64,000 bases of DNA, from the NCBI GenBank assembly GCA_002722735.1, contig PBMR01000014.1, positions 64,756 through 128,755 of the forward strand. Reading direction: 5' to 3'. The DNA comes from Methanobacteriota archaeon. Its GTDB lineage: Archaea; Thermoplasmatota; Poseidoniia; Poseidoniales; Thalassarchaeaceae. The notes below the pieces were generated by a model. The model did not search any database. It worked only from the letters and a program-made list of their open reading frames with translations, and was not told where the DNA came from. Shown here piece after piece: positions 26,980 to 36,140 of the stretch. The translations under genes and the position numbers were made by a program. The number at the start of each line of letters is the position of its first letter. The first letter of the stretch is position 1.

Positions 26980-27053
26980 GCGTCGGTGATGTAGGGGTAG
27001 CATCTGAGCCTTCCAAGCTCATGGCCCGGGTTCAAATCCCGGCCGGCGCACCA
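26980..27053 (+). tRNA. tRNA-Gly (anticodon UCC), CCA encoded
   Basis: Hand-folded cloverleaf: acceptor GCGTCGG/CCGGCGC (one GU), D-arm ATGT-AGGGGTA-GCAT, anticodon arm TGAGC-CTTCCAA-GCTCA, T-arm CCGGG-TTCAAAT-CCCGG, discriminator A, then CCA. Confidence 0.9.
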
Positions 27054-27103
27054 CGAAATCGAGTTCCCCGACTGATGCATTCAAACGCACCCCTCCTGAC
27101 GGG

Positions 27104-29002
27104 ATGACGGTGCGACAGATGAGGAGTCAAGTGGGCGGAGACCTCTCGATCAGCAAGGACGCATCCGACCTCAAGGATGAGAAACAGGTGGTCGGGCGTA
27201 AAATCTGGCGAATAGTCCCATACATCAAGCGATACTGGAAGAGGGCCGTAGGTGGAGTTTTGGCCAACGCCGCGGCTAGGGCCTTCGACCTGATCCCATT
27301 CATCGCCATCGGAATGGCCGCTGACTACTACCGGGACAAGGTATACACCAGCCCTGCCATGGAGTCCCTTGTCAACTCGGACATCCTGCCGTCCGTTGGG
27401 CCAATCTCCTCTGTCGAAATCAGCTTCGGACTGTTGATTTTCCTCTCCTTTACTTTCCTCGCGGTTTTCCAAGGCCTCAGCGAGTACCTGTGGCAATCGA
27501 CGGCCTACAAGGTCCAGCACGATATCCGAATGGAGGCGACCACGAGCCTGATGGCGATGGAGGCCTCCTACTTCGAGACCCGTCAGACTGGCAATCTGAT
27601 GTCCGTGCTGTCAGCTGACGTCGCGCAGCTGGAGGACATCGTCTCTGACTCCAGTACCAGCATCATTCGTATTGTCATCACCTTCTCGACTGCCTTCGCA
27701 ATAATGATCTGGATGTCCGCGAAGCTCGCACTCATCCTATTCATCCCATTAATCCTCATCATACCGATGGTGGTCTGGTTCTCGACCAGGGTCCAGCGGC
27801 GATACAGGAGGCAACGCGAGAGCACGGGGGGGATCGTCGCTATCCTCGAGAACGTACTCTCTGGAATCACAGTCGTGCAGGCCTACAACGCAAGTGAGTT
27901 CGAGCGTTCCCGTGTCGAGGGCGAGAGCGGTGAATACAGGGACCAGGCTATTCATGCCTCCAACCTGCGCAATCGATTCTTGCCCGGGATCTACGTTGTC
28001 GCCGGCATCTCATTCGGCCTCTTGGTATCTGCTGGTGGATGGCTAATGGAGTCGGGTGAAATTACCGTCGGGCAATTCGTCACATTCCTCCTCATCTCAA
28101 CGAGGATGACTATGCCGATGTTCATACTGGGGATGCTGCTGAACCAGCTGCAGAAGGGTGAAGCGGCTTCAAAACGGGTTTTTGCTCTTGTCGATTTGGA
28201 GCCTTCGATCTTTGACAAGCCCGACGCTGTCCCCCTAGATGGCCCGATTCGTTCTATCTCCTTCGACAATGTGACGTTCGCCTATCCGACATCCGAGGCC
28301 AACGTACTCAATGGAATCTCATTCTCTGTATCCTCTGGAGAATTCCTCGGAGTGATGGGTCACACCGGGGCCGGTAAGAGTACCATTCTAAAACTGGTTG
28401 AGAAGTTCTACGAACCCCATCTCGGTTCGGTGAAGATCAACGGAATCGAAATCAATGCCTACACTGTGGAGTCTATTAGGGACAGGATAGGCTTCGTATC
28501 GCAGGACCCCTTCTTGTTCTACGGAAGTGTTCGGGACAACGTCGCCTACGCCCGCGAAACCTCAGACGATGAGATTCGGCGAGTGCTGGAAATCGCTGGA
28601 GCGTGGGAGTTCGTATCCGAGATGACAGATGGCCTCAAGACGATGGTTGGTGACAGGGGGGTGATGATGTCAGGAGGCCAGCGGGCGCGCATCGCTCTTG
28701 CGCGAGCCCTGCTCAAGGACCCCGACCTCCTAATCCTCGACGAGGCCTCTGCAGCTCTTGACGCCGAGACCGAGAGGCGCATCCAGCAGTCCCTATTCAG
28801 CGGCTCCAACGGAGACGAGCAGAGGATCACGATCGCTGTCGCCCACCGCCTCGCCACAATTAGAAACGCCGACGAGATAATCGCAATGGTCGACGGAGCG
28901 ATTGTCGAGCGTGGAAGCCATAACAAGCTCCTAGGCAACGAGAATGTCTACGCGTCCCAGTGGTCGATCCAAACCGGTGATCTAGGCGCAGCAGAGGTCT
29001 GA
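27104..29002 (+). CDS. ABC transporter, fused permease/ATPase (type B exporter, MsbA/MDR-like)
   Basis: Six-TM N-terminal half, Walker A GHTGAGKST, signature LSGGQRARIALARA, Walker B LLILDEASAALD. Confidence 0.9.
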   Translation: MTVRQMRSQVGGDLSISKDASDLKDEKQVVGRKIWRIVPYIKRYWKRAVGGVLANAAARAFDLIPFIAIGMAADYYRDKVYTSPAMESLVNSDILPSVGPISSVEISFGLLIFLSFTFLAVFQGLSEYLWQSTAYKVQHDIRMEATTSLMAMEASYFETRQTGNLMSVLSADVAQLEDIVSDSSTSIIRIVITFSTAFAIMIWMSAKLALILFIPLILIIPMVVWFSTRVQRRYRRQRESTGGIVAILENVLSGITVVQAYNASEFERSRVEGESGEYRDQAIHASNLRNRFLPGIYVVAGISFGLLVSAGGWLMESGEITVGQFVTFLLISTRMTMPMFILGMLLNQLQKGEAASKRVFALVDLEPSIFDKPDAVPLDGPIRSISFDNVTFAYPTSEANVLNGISFSVSSGEFLGVMGHTGAGKSTILKLVEKFYEPHLGSVKINGIEINAYTVESIRDRIGFVSQDPFLFYGSVRDNVAYARETSDDEIRRVLEIAGAWEFVSEMTDGLKTMVGDRGVMMSGGQRARIALARALLKDPDLLILDEASAALDAETERRIQQSLFSGSNGDEQRITIAVAHRLATIRNADEIIAMVDGAIVERGSHNKLLGNENVYASQWSIQTGDLGAAEV

Positions 29003-29004
29003 GG

Positions 29005-30090
29005 CTAGTCCCTGAACCTATCGTCGATCTGTAGGCCGGAACGTCCCGTGACGACCCTCCATCGACCCTGTAGGACGCCCATCCCGTAGCTCCAATGCAG
29101 CAGGAATGTCACGAGGGAGGACAGGAATACGGTCAAGGGATTCCGACTAGGTGAACTTCCGCTAGCCGCCCCCAGCCAAGCTACTAGGTTGTACAGCATG
29201 ACGAGCGTCGGGAGTTGGTGAGCAGCAATCCTCTCCGGGCCCATCGGAACGGCTTCAGCGGAGATATCCCAGAACTCAGGCCACGCTAGGCCGCCGTTAA
29301 GGGAGCCCCAGATAAACAGGGAGATGGACAGGAAAACAAAGGGAGGGAACGCGGATACTAGCATGTGGCTCCACCCCCAGAGTCCGGGGTACTCATTGCC
29401 TGCGAGCGTTCTGACCAATCCGTAGTTGCGGACCTGCCTCTTGACGCGGACAAGTCCACGCCTTCTGTGCCACATCACCGCACTTCCATCAGACCACAGC
29501 CGGTGCCCCGCCGACCTGATTTTATGGTCCAACATCACATCCTCCGCACCAATTGCACCCGAATCGAACCCACCGACCTCCTCAAGCACCGTTCTCCTGT
29601 ATGCGGAGTTAACTCCGGGAAGCTGCTCGACCTCCTCGATGCCGCCCTTAGCCTGCCTTCCGTAGTTGGTACCTGCAGTGAAGAGGGGATTGCAGAAGGA
29701 GACGTCGATGACCCGCTGCCAAAGCGTCGAAGACTCAGGGGGGGCGAAGTTCGGGCCCCCCACGCCCGCCACCTCGGATTGGTCGAACCAACGTACGAGA
29801 TTGGCGACCCAGTCCCCGGGAACGATGACGTCGTCATCTGTGAACAGAACGAGATCGGATTTCGTGGCTCCAATCGCAATGTTGCAGGCATCCGCCCTAG
29901 TCCTAGAACCCATATCATCCAAGTAGCGCACCCCCTTGGATTCTGTGACTCGGCGTCCCGGATCTTTGTCCGGCCCCACCACTATCACATCGACTTCGGG
30001 GTGGGTCTGGCGGACCAGCCCGTCTAGAGTGATGCCCAACTCCTCAGCATTGCGGATGGTTGGGACGATGACGCAGACGCTGGCAACCAT
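29005..30090 (-). CDS. family 2 glycosyltransferase with C-terminal TM helices
   Basis: VCVIVPTIRN...VDVIVVGPD, FTDDDVIVPGDW (DxD region) and a hydrophobic C-terminal third. Confidence 0.8.
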   Translation of the reverse strand: MVASVCVIVPTIRNAEELGITLDGLVRQTHPEVDVIVVGPDKDPGRRVTESKGVRYLDDMGSRTRADACNIAIGATKSDLVLFTDDDVIVPGDWVANLVRWFDQSEVAGVGGPNFAPPESSTLWQRVIDVSFCNPLFTAGTNYGRQAKGGIEEVEQLPGVNSAYRRTVLEEVGGFDSGAIGAEDVMLDHKIRSAGHRLWSDGSAVMWHRRRGLVRVKRQVRNYGLVRTLAGNEYPGLWGWSHMLVSAFPPFVFLSISLFIWGSLNGGLAWPEFWDISAEAVPMGPERIAAHQLPTLVMLYNLVAWLGAASGSSPSRNPLTVFLSSLVTFLLHWSYGMGVLQGRWRVVTGRSGLQIDDRFRD

Positions 30091-30123
30091 CTCAGATTTT
30101 CCTGTGGGGCCTCATTGATGAGT

Positions 30124-30873
30124 TCACGGGTCATTCATCACCCTAGGTGCTAGGAAGTAGGTCCATTTCGCACCGCCATCGTTGCTCATCCACGTGAGCC
30201 TGAGCGGGTACTTGTCTTGGAATTCGAGGGTAATCTCGTTCGTCAGCCCTCCTGCGAGCTTCCTCGTTAATGGGTCGAGGAACTGCAGGGAGTAGGTTGA
30301 GTGTGTTGGGGAGGAACAGTCCAATTCACTCAATTCGCCAGATTCGAAACGGACGTTAACACCCTCCCCCGCCTCCACTGTCACGGACACGGTCATCTGG
30401 TTGCGGTCCATGCTCAGATCAACCAACTCACCGACGAACTTCGCTGCACGTAGCGCTCTGGAGAGCTTCTCCGAGTCGATGCTCGCCTTCGATTGGAAGT
30501 CCAATTGGGGAAGGTTCGGGGTATCCATTGTACTCGTATCGACTCCCCTGAGAATGCGATGGACCTCCCCCACTCTAACGTTAATCGCCCCCACTGCCTC
30601 GTCGTAATCCATCTCCACGAGGTCGCTCGGCCCTGCGAGCGTGAGAAGATCCCTAATCTTCCCTAGTTCGAGGCCAATCTCGACCGGCTCGACTTCGTAC
30701 ATCTCGAAGCACTCATTGGCTATGGTAGCAGAAAGTAGCGCTACGTGTGAGCCATCGACTACAGTGACGCTTAGCCCCCCTTCGCCCCAGATGAGTTTAG
30801 CCTCGTCAGTGAGCACTGAGAGGATGTCGACAATCTCTCTCATCAACTGTTGTTTAGTGGTGATCCTAAGCAT
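30124..30873 (-). CDS. pcn: DNA polymerase sliding clamp PCNA
   Basis: 249 aa with a two-domain repeat pattern and an archaeal PCNA-like YSLQFLDPLTRKL...EITLEFQDKYPLRL C-terminus. Confidence 0.85.
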   Translation of the reverse strand: MLRITTKQQLMREIVDILSVLTDEAKLIWGEGGLSVTVVDGSHVALLSATIANECFEMYEVEPVEIGLELGKIRDLLTLAGPSDLVEMDYDEAVGAINVRVGEVHRILRGVDTSTMDTPNLPQLDFQSKASIDSEKLSRALRAAKFVGELVDLSMDRNQMTVSVTVEAGEGVNVRFESGELSELDCSSPTHSTYSLQFLDPLTRKLAGGLTNEITLEFQDKYPLRLTWMSNDGGAKWTYFLAPRVMNDP

Positions 30874-30944
30874 TCACACACTCCCTCTGACTCTATTCAG
30901 AATTGAAGGCTCTTGATGCTTCTTGGCGCGTCGCATCGAAAATA

Positions 30945-31325
30945 TTACTGGTACTCGCGCCACTTGTGGCCACAGGTCTCGCAAGTGCAAATCTTGGTCT
31001 CAGGCTCATCCGAAGCCCTCGTCTGACGAAGCTCGACAAAGGTCCTGTCCCCGTCGCATTTGGGACAGATGTAGTCGCCGACCCTAAGCGTCCCCCTGGG
31101 TCTCTCCTCCTCTACCACTTCAGTCAGGTGCTTGAGGGACTTGGAGTCAGTGATCGCCTTCGTTTTGGAGAGATCAATGGTCTTTCCAGTCATCGGGTCT
31201 GTGAATTCCGAGCCCTTTCCGTCCGATCCTGACAAAGGCCCCTCATATCCGCATTTGTAGTCGGGACACTTCACCCAACCTTTGGAATCCGGGTATGATA
31301 GAGACCCGCACTCAGGACAAAACAT
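30945..31325 (-). CDS. tfs: transcription factor S (TFS / RpoM-like)
   Basis: N-terminal zinc ribbon CPECG...CPDYKCG. C-terminal ribbon CPKCDGDRTFVELRQTRASDEPETKICTCETCGHKWREY with the acidic DE loop. Start set at the Met directly before CPECG. Confidence 0.85.
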   Translation of the reverse strand: MFCPECGSLSYPDSKGWVKCPDYKCGYEGPLSGSDGKGSEFTDPMTGKTIDLSKTKAITDSKSLKHLTEVVEEERPRGTLRVGDYICPKCDGDRTFVELRQTRASDEPETKICTCETCGHKWREYQ

Positions 31326-31435
31326 GCTTCCACGAACCATTACCGCTGAAACGCGAACCATGCATTGCTGTCCCAACTGACTCTTCAACTATTCGATTGT
31401 TCCAGCGTGACTCCTTCCGCACCGTTCAAGCGGAA

Positions 31436-32458
31436 ATGCGCTCTGGGTGGGCCGTGAAAATTCACTATGACTGGAGGTTGTCACGAGTACTCGATGAGGA
31501 CGGAAACGTGCTTGATGTGATTCTCTGGGACGCTCGTCGCACCCCTTCCACCCTCGCCGAACGCCTCTCCATGATTCAAGCAGGCAGGCTGTTGCCTGAG
31601 ACGAGGACCCTCCTCGAGCGCTTCCCCGAGGCGACTCCAGATCCGCTTGGAGCAATGTCCGACCCCAATTGGCCCGAGCCCGAGGAGGGTGAGGCAAACC
31701 TCCTCCAAGAGGCCACTACCATCCTGGCCAAGAGGGGTGTGGCGGACGCGGCAGGCAATATCGACAGGCGACTCGACATGCTGGTCAGCGCTACTGCGGA
31801 ACTGAGGTCGGCATGGACGACGAACGAGGCGCGCTGCGTCGAGTGGGCGGGCCTGTTCATCACCGAGGCGGACTTGGACAACCAGAGGACAATGATTCCG
31901 CTTGCGATAGCAGACGCTCCGAATATAGATGGGGCCGCCACTGCCCTCGGCGTCGCTCCGCCCGCTCACGCGCCAACGGAAATCGAGTGGGCGGCACTCA
32001 AGAGCCACGCTAGTGGCGTTGTCACATCATCCCAGAGATTGCAGGAGCACGAGGATGCAATCCGAGAGATCGCTTCCGACTACATTCCATCGCTAAGCGC
32101 GCTAATGGGCCCGCTCGGTGCAGCCAAACTAGTGGTCCTCGCCGGTGGCAGAGAGCGATTGGCTAGGATGCCCTCAGGCTCACTGCAGGTCCTAGGCGCA
32201 CATGCGGCCATGGCAGCTCACAGGAGGGGGGCCCCCCCTCCCAAGCACGGAGCAATCCTGTTTTCCATGCCCCAGGTCAGCCACTCACCCAGATGGGTCC
32301 GCGGCAAGATTGCCCGCTTCCTCGCTGGCAAGGCGAGCATCGCTGTGCGAGTCGATCACTTCGATGGAGTGCCATGGGACCAGGAGCAGATCGATGGGAT
32401 CAATGGCGAGGTCGAGGCAATCAAGGCGAAGTTCCCCAAGCCTCCGAAGAGGGGGTGA
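31436..32458 (+). CDS. nop5: C/D box sRNP core protein Nop5 (Nop56/58)
   Basis: Nop domain GAAKLVVLAGGRERLARMPSGSLQVLGAHAAM..H......PPKHGAILFSMPQV...PRWVRGKIARFLAGKASIAVRVD. Start set at Met 31436 to avoid overlapping tfs. Confidence 0.88.
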   Translation: MRSGWAVKIHYDWRLSRVLDEDGNVLDVILWDARRTPSTLAERLSMIQAGRLLPETRTLLERFPEATPDPLGAMSDPNWPEPEEGEANLLQEATTILAKRGVADAAGNIDRRLDMLVSATAELRSAWTTNEARCVEWAGLFITEADLDNQRTMIPLAIADAPNIDGAATALGVAPPAHAPTEIEWAALKSHASGVVTSSQRLQEHEDAIREIASDYIPSLSALMGPLGAAKLVVLAGGRERLARMPSGSLQVLGAHAAMAAHRRGAPPPKHGAILFSMPQVSHSPRWVRGKIARFLAGKASIAVRVDHFDGVPWDQEQIDGINGEVEAIKAKFPKPPKRG

Positions 32459-33170
32459 AGCCCTGTCGCGAAAACCCGTTTCGCTCGGTTGGGGCTCAAG
32501 GAGTGAGGGCAGAAGCCTGTGGACTCGGAACGCTGTGAGGGGCGTCTCCGTGAGGGGCGAGCGCCGAAAGAGGGACGGGAGAATCGAGTGGAGGAGGTGG
32601 GACCCGACCAAGTCCAAGGTCGCCGCCGCCCTCCAGAGGACGAAGGGTGGTCCCTCGGAACTGCTCCCCCAGACCGGCTCCACCTGCCTCTACCTCGGGG
32701 CCTCCAGCGGGGGGACTGTCAGCCACATACACGACATCGTGTGCGGTGCTGGCAACCACCACGGCGGACAGGTTGTCGCCGTTGAGATATCCCCTCGAAT
32801 GATGAGGGACCTCGCTGCCTTGGCCGAAGGTAGGAACGGGCTGGTCCCCGTCCTTGGCGACGCCCGGTGCCCCGAGATGGTCGCCCCCTTCATCAGGGGC
32901 CGGGCCGACTGGATACACCAGGACCTCAGCATCGCCGATCAGGCCGAGACCTTCGTCAGGATGGCCGTCGCCTTCCTCGCACCGGGTGGGGTGGGCCTGC
33001 TCAGCCTGAAGGCCGCCAGTGAGCGGGCATCGGACGGTGATGACGACTCGCGCTTCGCTAAGGCCGAACGTATCCTCGGAGAGTCAGAGCTCGAGGTAGT
33101 CGAGCGAATAGATCTCGCAGGACTGGAGGAGCAGCACGTGGTCTTCCGATGCGCTCTAGGCGCCCTCTGA
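32403..33170 (+). CDS. flpA: fibrillarin (rRNA/tRNA 2'-O-methyltransferase)
   Basis: WDPTKSKVAAAL, YLGASSGGTVSHIHDIV, VEISPRMMRDL and PVLGDAR motifs. The only canonical start upstream of the conserved core lies inside the nop5 3' end (Met 32403; also 32394 and 32364). Confidence 0.85.
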   Translation: MARSRQSRRSSPSLRRGGEALSRKPVSLGWGSRSEGRSLWTRNAVRGVSVRGERRKRDGRIEWRRWDPTKSKVAAALQRTKGGPSELLPQTGSTCLYLGASSGGTVSHIHDIVCGAGNHHGGQVVAVEISPRMMRDLAALAEGRNGLVPVLGDARCPEMVAPFIRGRADWIHQDLSIADQAETFVRMAVAFLAPGGVGLLSLKAASERASDGDDDSRFAKAERILGESELEVVERIDLAGLEEQHVVFRCALGAL

Positions 33171-33554
33171 CCACATTGCTAGGCCAATAAAGCCGAAAAT
33201 TGCCACGTATACCACAATAATCAGTACCCAAATAACAATCGTTACCCATCCGACTACCTGAGCCGCCTTGGCAACACCTGCGTCTGGGTGGTTGGGGTAT
33301 TGATTCGTTATCGCAAGGGCCCCGTTGGCGAGAATGAGTCCGGGTATTGCGGTGCAGAGCCCGCACATCACCAGCCCCACTATGGATAGTACCAGCGCCA
33401 CGGTGGCGTTGGTCGCAGGGGGCATCCCACCTAGTCCGGACTGGCTCGCTTGGACGTAGATCTGCTCGGGAGGAGGCTCGTCCGAGATATGGGGACTCCC
33501 GTCCAGCACAACGGTCTTCGATGCCCCCGGGTCCTGATCCACGACTCTTCTCAT
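33156..33554 (-). CDS. small membrane protein with a DUF4190-like double-TM C-terminus
   Basis: ALVLSIVGLVMCGLCTAIPGLILANGAL...VVGWVTIVIWVLIIVVYVAIFGFIGL. Start set at Met 33554, because the longer ORF overlaps fpg on the other strand. Confidence 0.5.
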   Translation of the reverse strand: MRRVVDQDPGASKTVVLDGSPHISDEPPPEQIYVQASQSGLGGMPPATNATVALVLSIVGLVMCGLCTAIPGLILANGALAITNQYPNHPDAGVAKAAQVVGWVTIVIWVLIIVVYVAIFGFIGLAMWSEGA

Positions 33555-33635
33555 CAATGACCGGCGATTAACCCTATCGCATCCAATTCTAGCGGATTCC
33601 CAATGGTAATGGCCCTTCTTGCTACTTTGAGGGCC

Positions 33636-34529
33636 ATGCCGGAGTTGCCTGAGGTGGAGACAATCCGCCAAGGCCTCGAGCATCATCTCGCAGGTCGGCG
33701 GATTTTGGAGGTGGAACTTCGCAGGGACGACCTCAGATTCCCATTCCCTGGTGACTTCGATCGGATGCTCCGGGGCAGGCTGGTCGAGCGAGTGGACCGG
33801 CGTGCTAAGTACCTCTTGATTAGGTTGGAGGGGAGGCTCACATGGCTCTGCCACCTGGGGATGACTGGCCGATGGACTCTGCTCGGGGATGATCTCGAGA
33901 GCAGGCCGGGGAGGTTAGCCAACGGGGCATTGGTAGGAAGCGGCGAGGGCCCCCACGACTGGGTCGTTATCCATCTCGGCAACGGAAGTAGGGCGGTCTA
34001 CTCCGACCACCGCCGATTCGGGATGATGGACTGCTTTCCCACGGACCAGCAGGATAGCCACAAGCTGCTCGCAGGCCTCGGACCCGAGCCGACCCCCAAT
34101 CACCTGACCCCAATTGGGCTGGCTGATGGGCTCAGGGGCCGTAGGACGCCAATCAAGTCGGCTCTGCTGGATCAGAGGACGGTGGCAGGGCTGGGCAACA
34201 TATACGTCTGCGAGATTCTGCATCGCTCTGGCATCTCCCCCAGGAGGTCTGCGGCCAGTGTTGCTGGTCGGTCTTCGGTGACTGGGAGGGTGGAGAGGAT
34301 AACCGGTGCGGCACACGACGTTATCACCGAGGCTATCGACGCCGGCGGCTCGACCCTGCAGGACTTCCGCGGCGTCGGGGGGGATGACGCGATGGGATAC
34401 TTTTCGCACAACTTCCTAGTCTATGGCAGGGAGGACGAGCCCTGCCTAGCAGAGGGCTGCACGGGGACGATAAGAAGGATAGTCCAGTCCAACAGGTCGA
34501 CATTCTTCTGTCCTGTCTGCCAACGTTGA
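33636..34529 (+). CDS. mutM: formamidopyrimidine-DNA glycosylase (Fpg/MutM, Nei family)
   Basis: Canonical N-terminus MPELPEVE, an H2TH region (LLDQRTVAGLGNIYVCEILH) and a C-terminal zinc finger C..C...16 aa...CPVCQ. Confidence 0.9.
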   Translation: MPELPEVETIRQGLEHHLAGRRILEVELRRDDLRFPFPGDFDRMLRGRLVERVDRRAKYLLIRLEGRLTWLCHLGMTGRWTLLGDDLESRPGRLANGALVGSGEGPHDWVVIHLGNGSRAVYSDHRRFGMMDCFPTDQQDSHKLLAGLGPEPTPNHLTPIGLADGLRGRRTPIKSALLDQRTVAGLGNIYVCEILHRSGISPRRSAASVAGRSSVTGRVERITGAAHDVITEAIDAGGSTLQDFRGVGGDDAMGYFSHNFLVYGREDEPCLAEGCTGTIRRIVQSNRSTFFCPVCQR

Positions 34530-34555
34530 TGAACGGGCCGTGACGCTGGGATGCC

Positions 34556-35194
34556 ATGTCAGAGCACACCTTGCAGGCCAAACTGATAACGGAGTTCATC
34601 GGGACGTTTTTCCTGTCACTGACGATTTGCACAGCAGCGGTAATGGGAACCGCCGGTGAAATGGCGCCCTTTGCTATCGGCTCCGTATTGATGGCGATGA
34701 TTTACGCTGGAGGACACGTCTCGGGTGCCCACTACAATCCCGCCGTAACGGTATCCGTCTACTTGAGGGGGGCTTGCGACAGATCCGAAGTCGCGCCGTA
34801 CATCCTTACACAGGTCTCCGCAGGGGTAATCGCCGCTATAGTCACAGCAAACTTGCTGATGAGTGACACCGACGTCACTCCCCTCGAGATGGAACTGATT
34901 CCGGCCTTGACCGCCGAGCTACTGTTCACTTTCGCTCTAGCATACGTTATCCTCCATGTCGCGACCTCCGAAGCTACTGAGGGCAACCAGTATTTCGGCG
35001 CCGCGATAGCCTTCGTGGTCCTCGCTGGCGCTCTGACTGTGGGGGGCATTTCCGGCGCCTCGTTCAATCCAGCGGTCTCCACCTCCCTATTGGTCACAGG
35101 AGCACTGGAACCAGCCGATGCCTGGATACACCTGGTGCCTCAGATAGCGGGCGGTTTCATAGCTGCTTACGCCTACAAGGTCACTACTGCCTAA
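34556..35194 (+). CDS. MIP-family channel (aquaporin/aquaglyceroporin)
   Basis: Two NPA boxes (HVSGAHYNPAVT and GASFNPAVS) and six TM segments. Confidence 0.9.
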   Translation: MSEHTLQAKLITEFIGTFFLSLTICTAAVMGTAGEMAPFAIGSVLMAMIYAGGHVSGAHYNPAVTVSVYLRGACDRSEVAPYILTQVSAGVIAAIVTANLLMSDTDVTPLEMELIPALTAELLFTFALAYVILHVATSEATEGNQYFGAAIAFVVLAGALTVGGISGASFNPAVSTSLLVTGALEPADAWIHLVPQIAGGFIAAYAYKVTTA

Positions 35195-36138
35195 TCGTGG
35201 TGCTGCGACAACTCAATGCCCCTGACGAGTGCGAGCAGCATCTCGTTCCTAGGTGTTGGCACACCGAACTCCTCGCCCCTAGCAACAATCTCGCCACAAA
35301 GTGCGTCGATCTCGGTCTTTCGTCCCGCCATCAGGTCCTGCAGCATGGAAACCCGATTTTTAGCGGTGGCCAAGACCACCTTGCGCAGGTAGCCCTCGGT
35401 GTCGATATCCCCCAGTTCGACTCCAGTCGCCCGGGCGACGAGCTCTGCCTCACGCATGGACTCCATCGACTGCTCCCATAATCCGGGCACCTCGATCAGG
35501 GAGCCGTTGCGAACCCCTGCGATGGCGCAAACAGGGTTTATTGCGACGTTGATGAGCAACTTCCTCCAGATTACGCTATGTATGTCAGAAGACCACTTGG
35601 GGTTCAGTCCCGCTTCCTCCAGGGCATCATGGAACTCCATCGCAACACCAGTTATTCCCCCTCCGTCTAGGCGTCCGAATTCCACAGCGCCCCTGCCCGA
35701 CCAATGCACCGAGCCCCCCTCGTCCCTCCAAGCAGAGTGGGTAGTCGATCCCCCGAGGACACGAGCGCCCCCTATCCTGCGTGCGAGCGCCTCGGCGTGA
35801 CCCAAGCCGTTCTGTATGCTGATAGCGAGCCCGTCCGGTGACAGGACCTCCTCGGCCAGCGATGCCAGTATATGAGTCGACGCAGCCTTTCCGGCAATAA
35901 TGGCGATGTCACAGGTGCCGAGGTGCTCTTCGAGAATCGGCCCCTCCTCGTTGTCAAGGACCTCATAGCGGTCCGGGGAAATCATCTCGATCACACCCTC
36001 GGGCGTGTGGATGACCAGCCCCAACCGCAGAGCAGCCGCTGTTCCCCCCCTAGAGACGCATAGCAACCCAACTTCAGTTTCAGAGAGAGCGCCAACAAGA
36101 ACGCCACCGATTGACCCCACCCCTAAGATGGCGATCCG
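35191..36138 (-). CDS. panE: 2-dehydropantoate 2-reductase (ketopantoate reductase)
   Basis: MRIAILGVGSIGG Rossmann N-terminus, IQNGLGH, KLLINVAINP, SMLQDLMAGRKTEID. Met 36138 abuts the upstream gene's stop. Confidence 0.85.
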   Translation of the reverse strand, partial: RIAILGVGSIGGVLVGALSETEVGLLCVSRGGTAAALRLGLVIHTPEGVIEMISPDRYEVLDNEEGPILEEHLGTCDIAIIAGKAASTHILASLAEEVLSPDGLAISIQNGLGHAEALARRIGGARVLGGSTTHSAWRDEGGSVHWSGRGAVEFGRLDGGGITGVAMEFHDALEEAGLNPKWSSDIHSVIWRKLLINVAINPVCAIAGVRNGSLIEVPGLWEQSMESMREAELVARATGVELGDIDTEGYLRKVVLATAKNRVSMLQDLMAGRKTEIDALCGEIVARGEEFGVPTPRNEMLLALVRGIELSQHHD

Positions 36139-36140
36139 CA

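Noticed and set aside
32202-32363. Further upstream extension of the fibrillarin frame inside nop5
   Set aside because: There is no fibrillarin-like sequence here. The frame is probably open by chance in G+C-rich DNA. I considered a programmed frameshift fusing Nop5 to fibrillarin, but I see no slippery sequence to support it.
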